Assembly: GCA_028693335.1 (NCBI GenBank)
Contig: JAQUVR010000036.1
Span: forward strand, 1-6,272
DNA from: Candidatus Iainarchaeum sp.
GTDB lineage: Archaea; Iainarchaeota; Iainarchaeia; Iainarchaeales; CSSED10-239
Direction: 5' to 3'
DNA: 6,272 bases
Each line of letters begins with the position of its first letter. Position 1 is the stretch's first letter. The position numbers and the translations under genes were made by a program. The notes beneath the pieces were generated by a model, which was not told where the DNA came from, ran no database searches, and was given only the letters and a program-made list of their open reading frames with translations. Shown here piece after piece: positions 5,752-6,272 of the stretch.

Positions 5752-6272
5752 GTGTTAAAAATAGTAACTAATATAAGAAAAGATCTAAAAAAAAACTCAG
5801 ACAAAAAAACAAAAGAAAGCTCAAAAAGATTTTTTAAAGAAGAAGTTGTGCTCTATGGAGTAAAAAGTGCAATTGTTTCAAAAATTGCAAAAAAATATTT
5901 TCAAGAAATAAAAGAATTAAATAAAAAAGAACTATTTTTAATTTGTGAAGAACTTTTAAAATCCAATTATTGTGAAGAAGCATATATTGTTTCAAATTGG
6001 TTGCCTAAAAAAATAGATATTTTAGAAAAAAAAGATATTAAAATTTTTAAAAAATGGATAGATCTCTATATTAACAATTGGGCTAAATGTGATGGTTTTT
6101 GTAATCATACAATAGGAGATCTCTTAGAGAAATTTCCAGAAATTTTGCCTGAGATAAAATCTTGGTCAAAATCAAAAAATAAATGGTTAAAGAGGGCATC
6201 AGCAGTATCATTAATTCTTCCTGCTCGTCGGGGCAAATATTTAACAGATGTCTTTGAAATATCTGACGTTTT
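5752..6272 (+). CDS. DNA alkylation repair protein, AlkD/AlkC-like HEAT-repeat family (3' partial; continues beyond the right edge)
   Basis: My own translation from GTG 5752 is open to the window end (173 codons): VLKIVTNIRKDLKKNSDKKTKESSKRFFKEEVVLYGVKSAIVSKIAKKYF...KKWIDLYINNWAKCDGFCNHTIGDLL...IKSWSKSKNKWLKRASAVSLILPARRG. The W-x-x-x-D motif (NNWAKCD) and the later W-x-x-R-[AS]-A block match the DNA_alkylation (AlkD-like) family as I recall it. AGGTGA at 5740-5745 lies 6 nt upstream of the GTG. An in-frame TGA at 5743-5745 closes the frame upstream. It is missing from the ORF track because it is truncated. Confidence 0.78.
   Translation, partial: MLKIVTNIRKDLKKNSDKKTKESSKRFFKEEVVLYGVKSAIVSKIAKKYFQEIKELNKKELFLICEELLKSNYCEEAYIVSNWLPKKIDILEKKDIKIFKKWIDLYINNWAKCDGFCNHTIGDLLEKFPEILPEIKSWSKSKNKWLKRASAVSLILPARRGKYLTDVFEISDV

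Noticed and set aside
5604-5804. 66-aa minus-strand ORF from the track
   Set aside because: It overlaps the conserved 3' end of the decarboxylase gene and the SD and start of the AlkD-like gene on the opposite strand. The product shows no motif, so it is a shadow ORF.
5787-5808. A9 and A7 homopolymer runs in the AlkD-like gene (and similar runs elsewhere) as slipped-strand phase-variation switches
   Set aside because: These are Lys-codon runs typical of very AT-rich genomes. There is no evidence of frame disruption and no comparison sequences are available.

Overview
AT-rich (roughly 27-30% G+C by eye), gene-dense prokaryotic window; several cues hint at an archaeon (DPANN or methanogen-like), but a bacterial origin cannot be excluded. 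The minus strand carries what looks like one operon: uvrA (719-3535), then a ribbon-helix-helix-type antitoxin (406-654), a RelE/ParE-type toxin (126-404), and the 5' end of uvrC (1-133, running off the window and absent from the ORF track). The uvrC start codon overlaps the toxin stop codon. A 335-bp intergenic region follows (3536-3870). It contains a GC-rich island (about 3626-3869) of nested direct repeats: four 30-nt units in two tandem pairs 105 nt apart. The hairpin stems in these units show compensatory substitutions. I consider this island the most interesting object in the window. It is a candidate structured ncRNA or protein-binding repeat array. A GC-codon-rich 82-aa ORF with in-frame repeat periodicity overlaps it and is less likely to be real. 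Downstream lie a 6-TM membrane protein (3870-4562, minus strand) and a short fold-type III PLP-dependent decarboxylase-family protein (4700-5731, plus strand) that lacks the usual active-site cysteine. After a 20-nt gap and a Shine-Dalgarno site comes the 5' part of an AlkD-like DNA alkylation repair protein (5752-6272, GTG start, running off the window and absent from the ORF track). At whole-window scale, GATC and especially AGATCT are clearly over-represented, partly through synonymous codon choice. No rRNA, tRNA, CRISPR array or transposase is visible.
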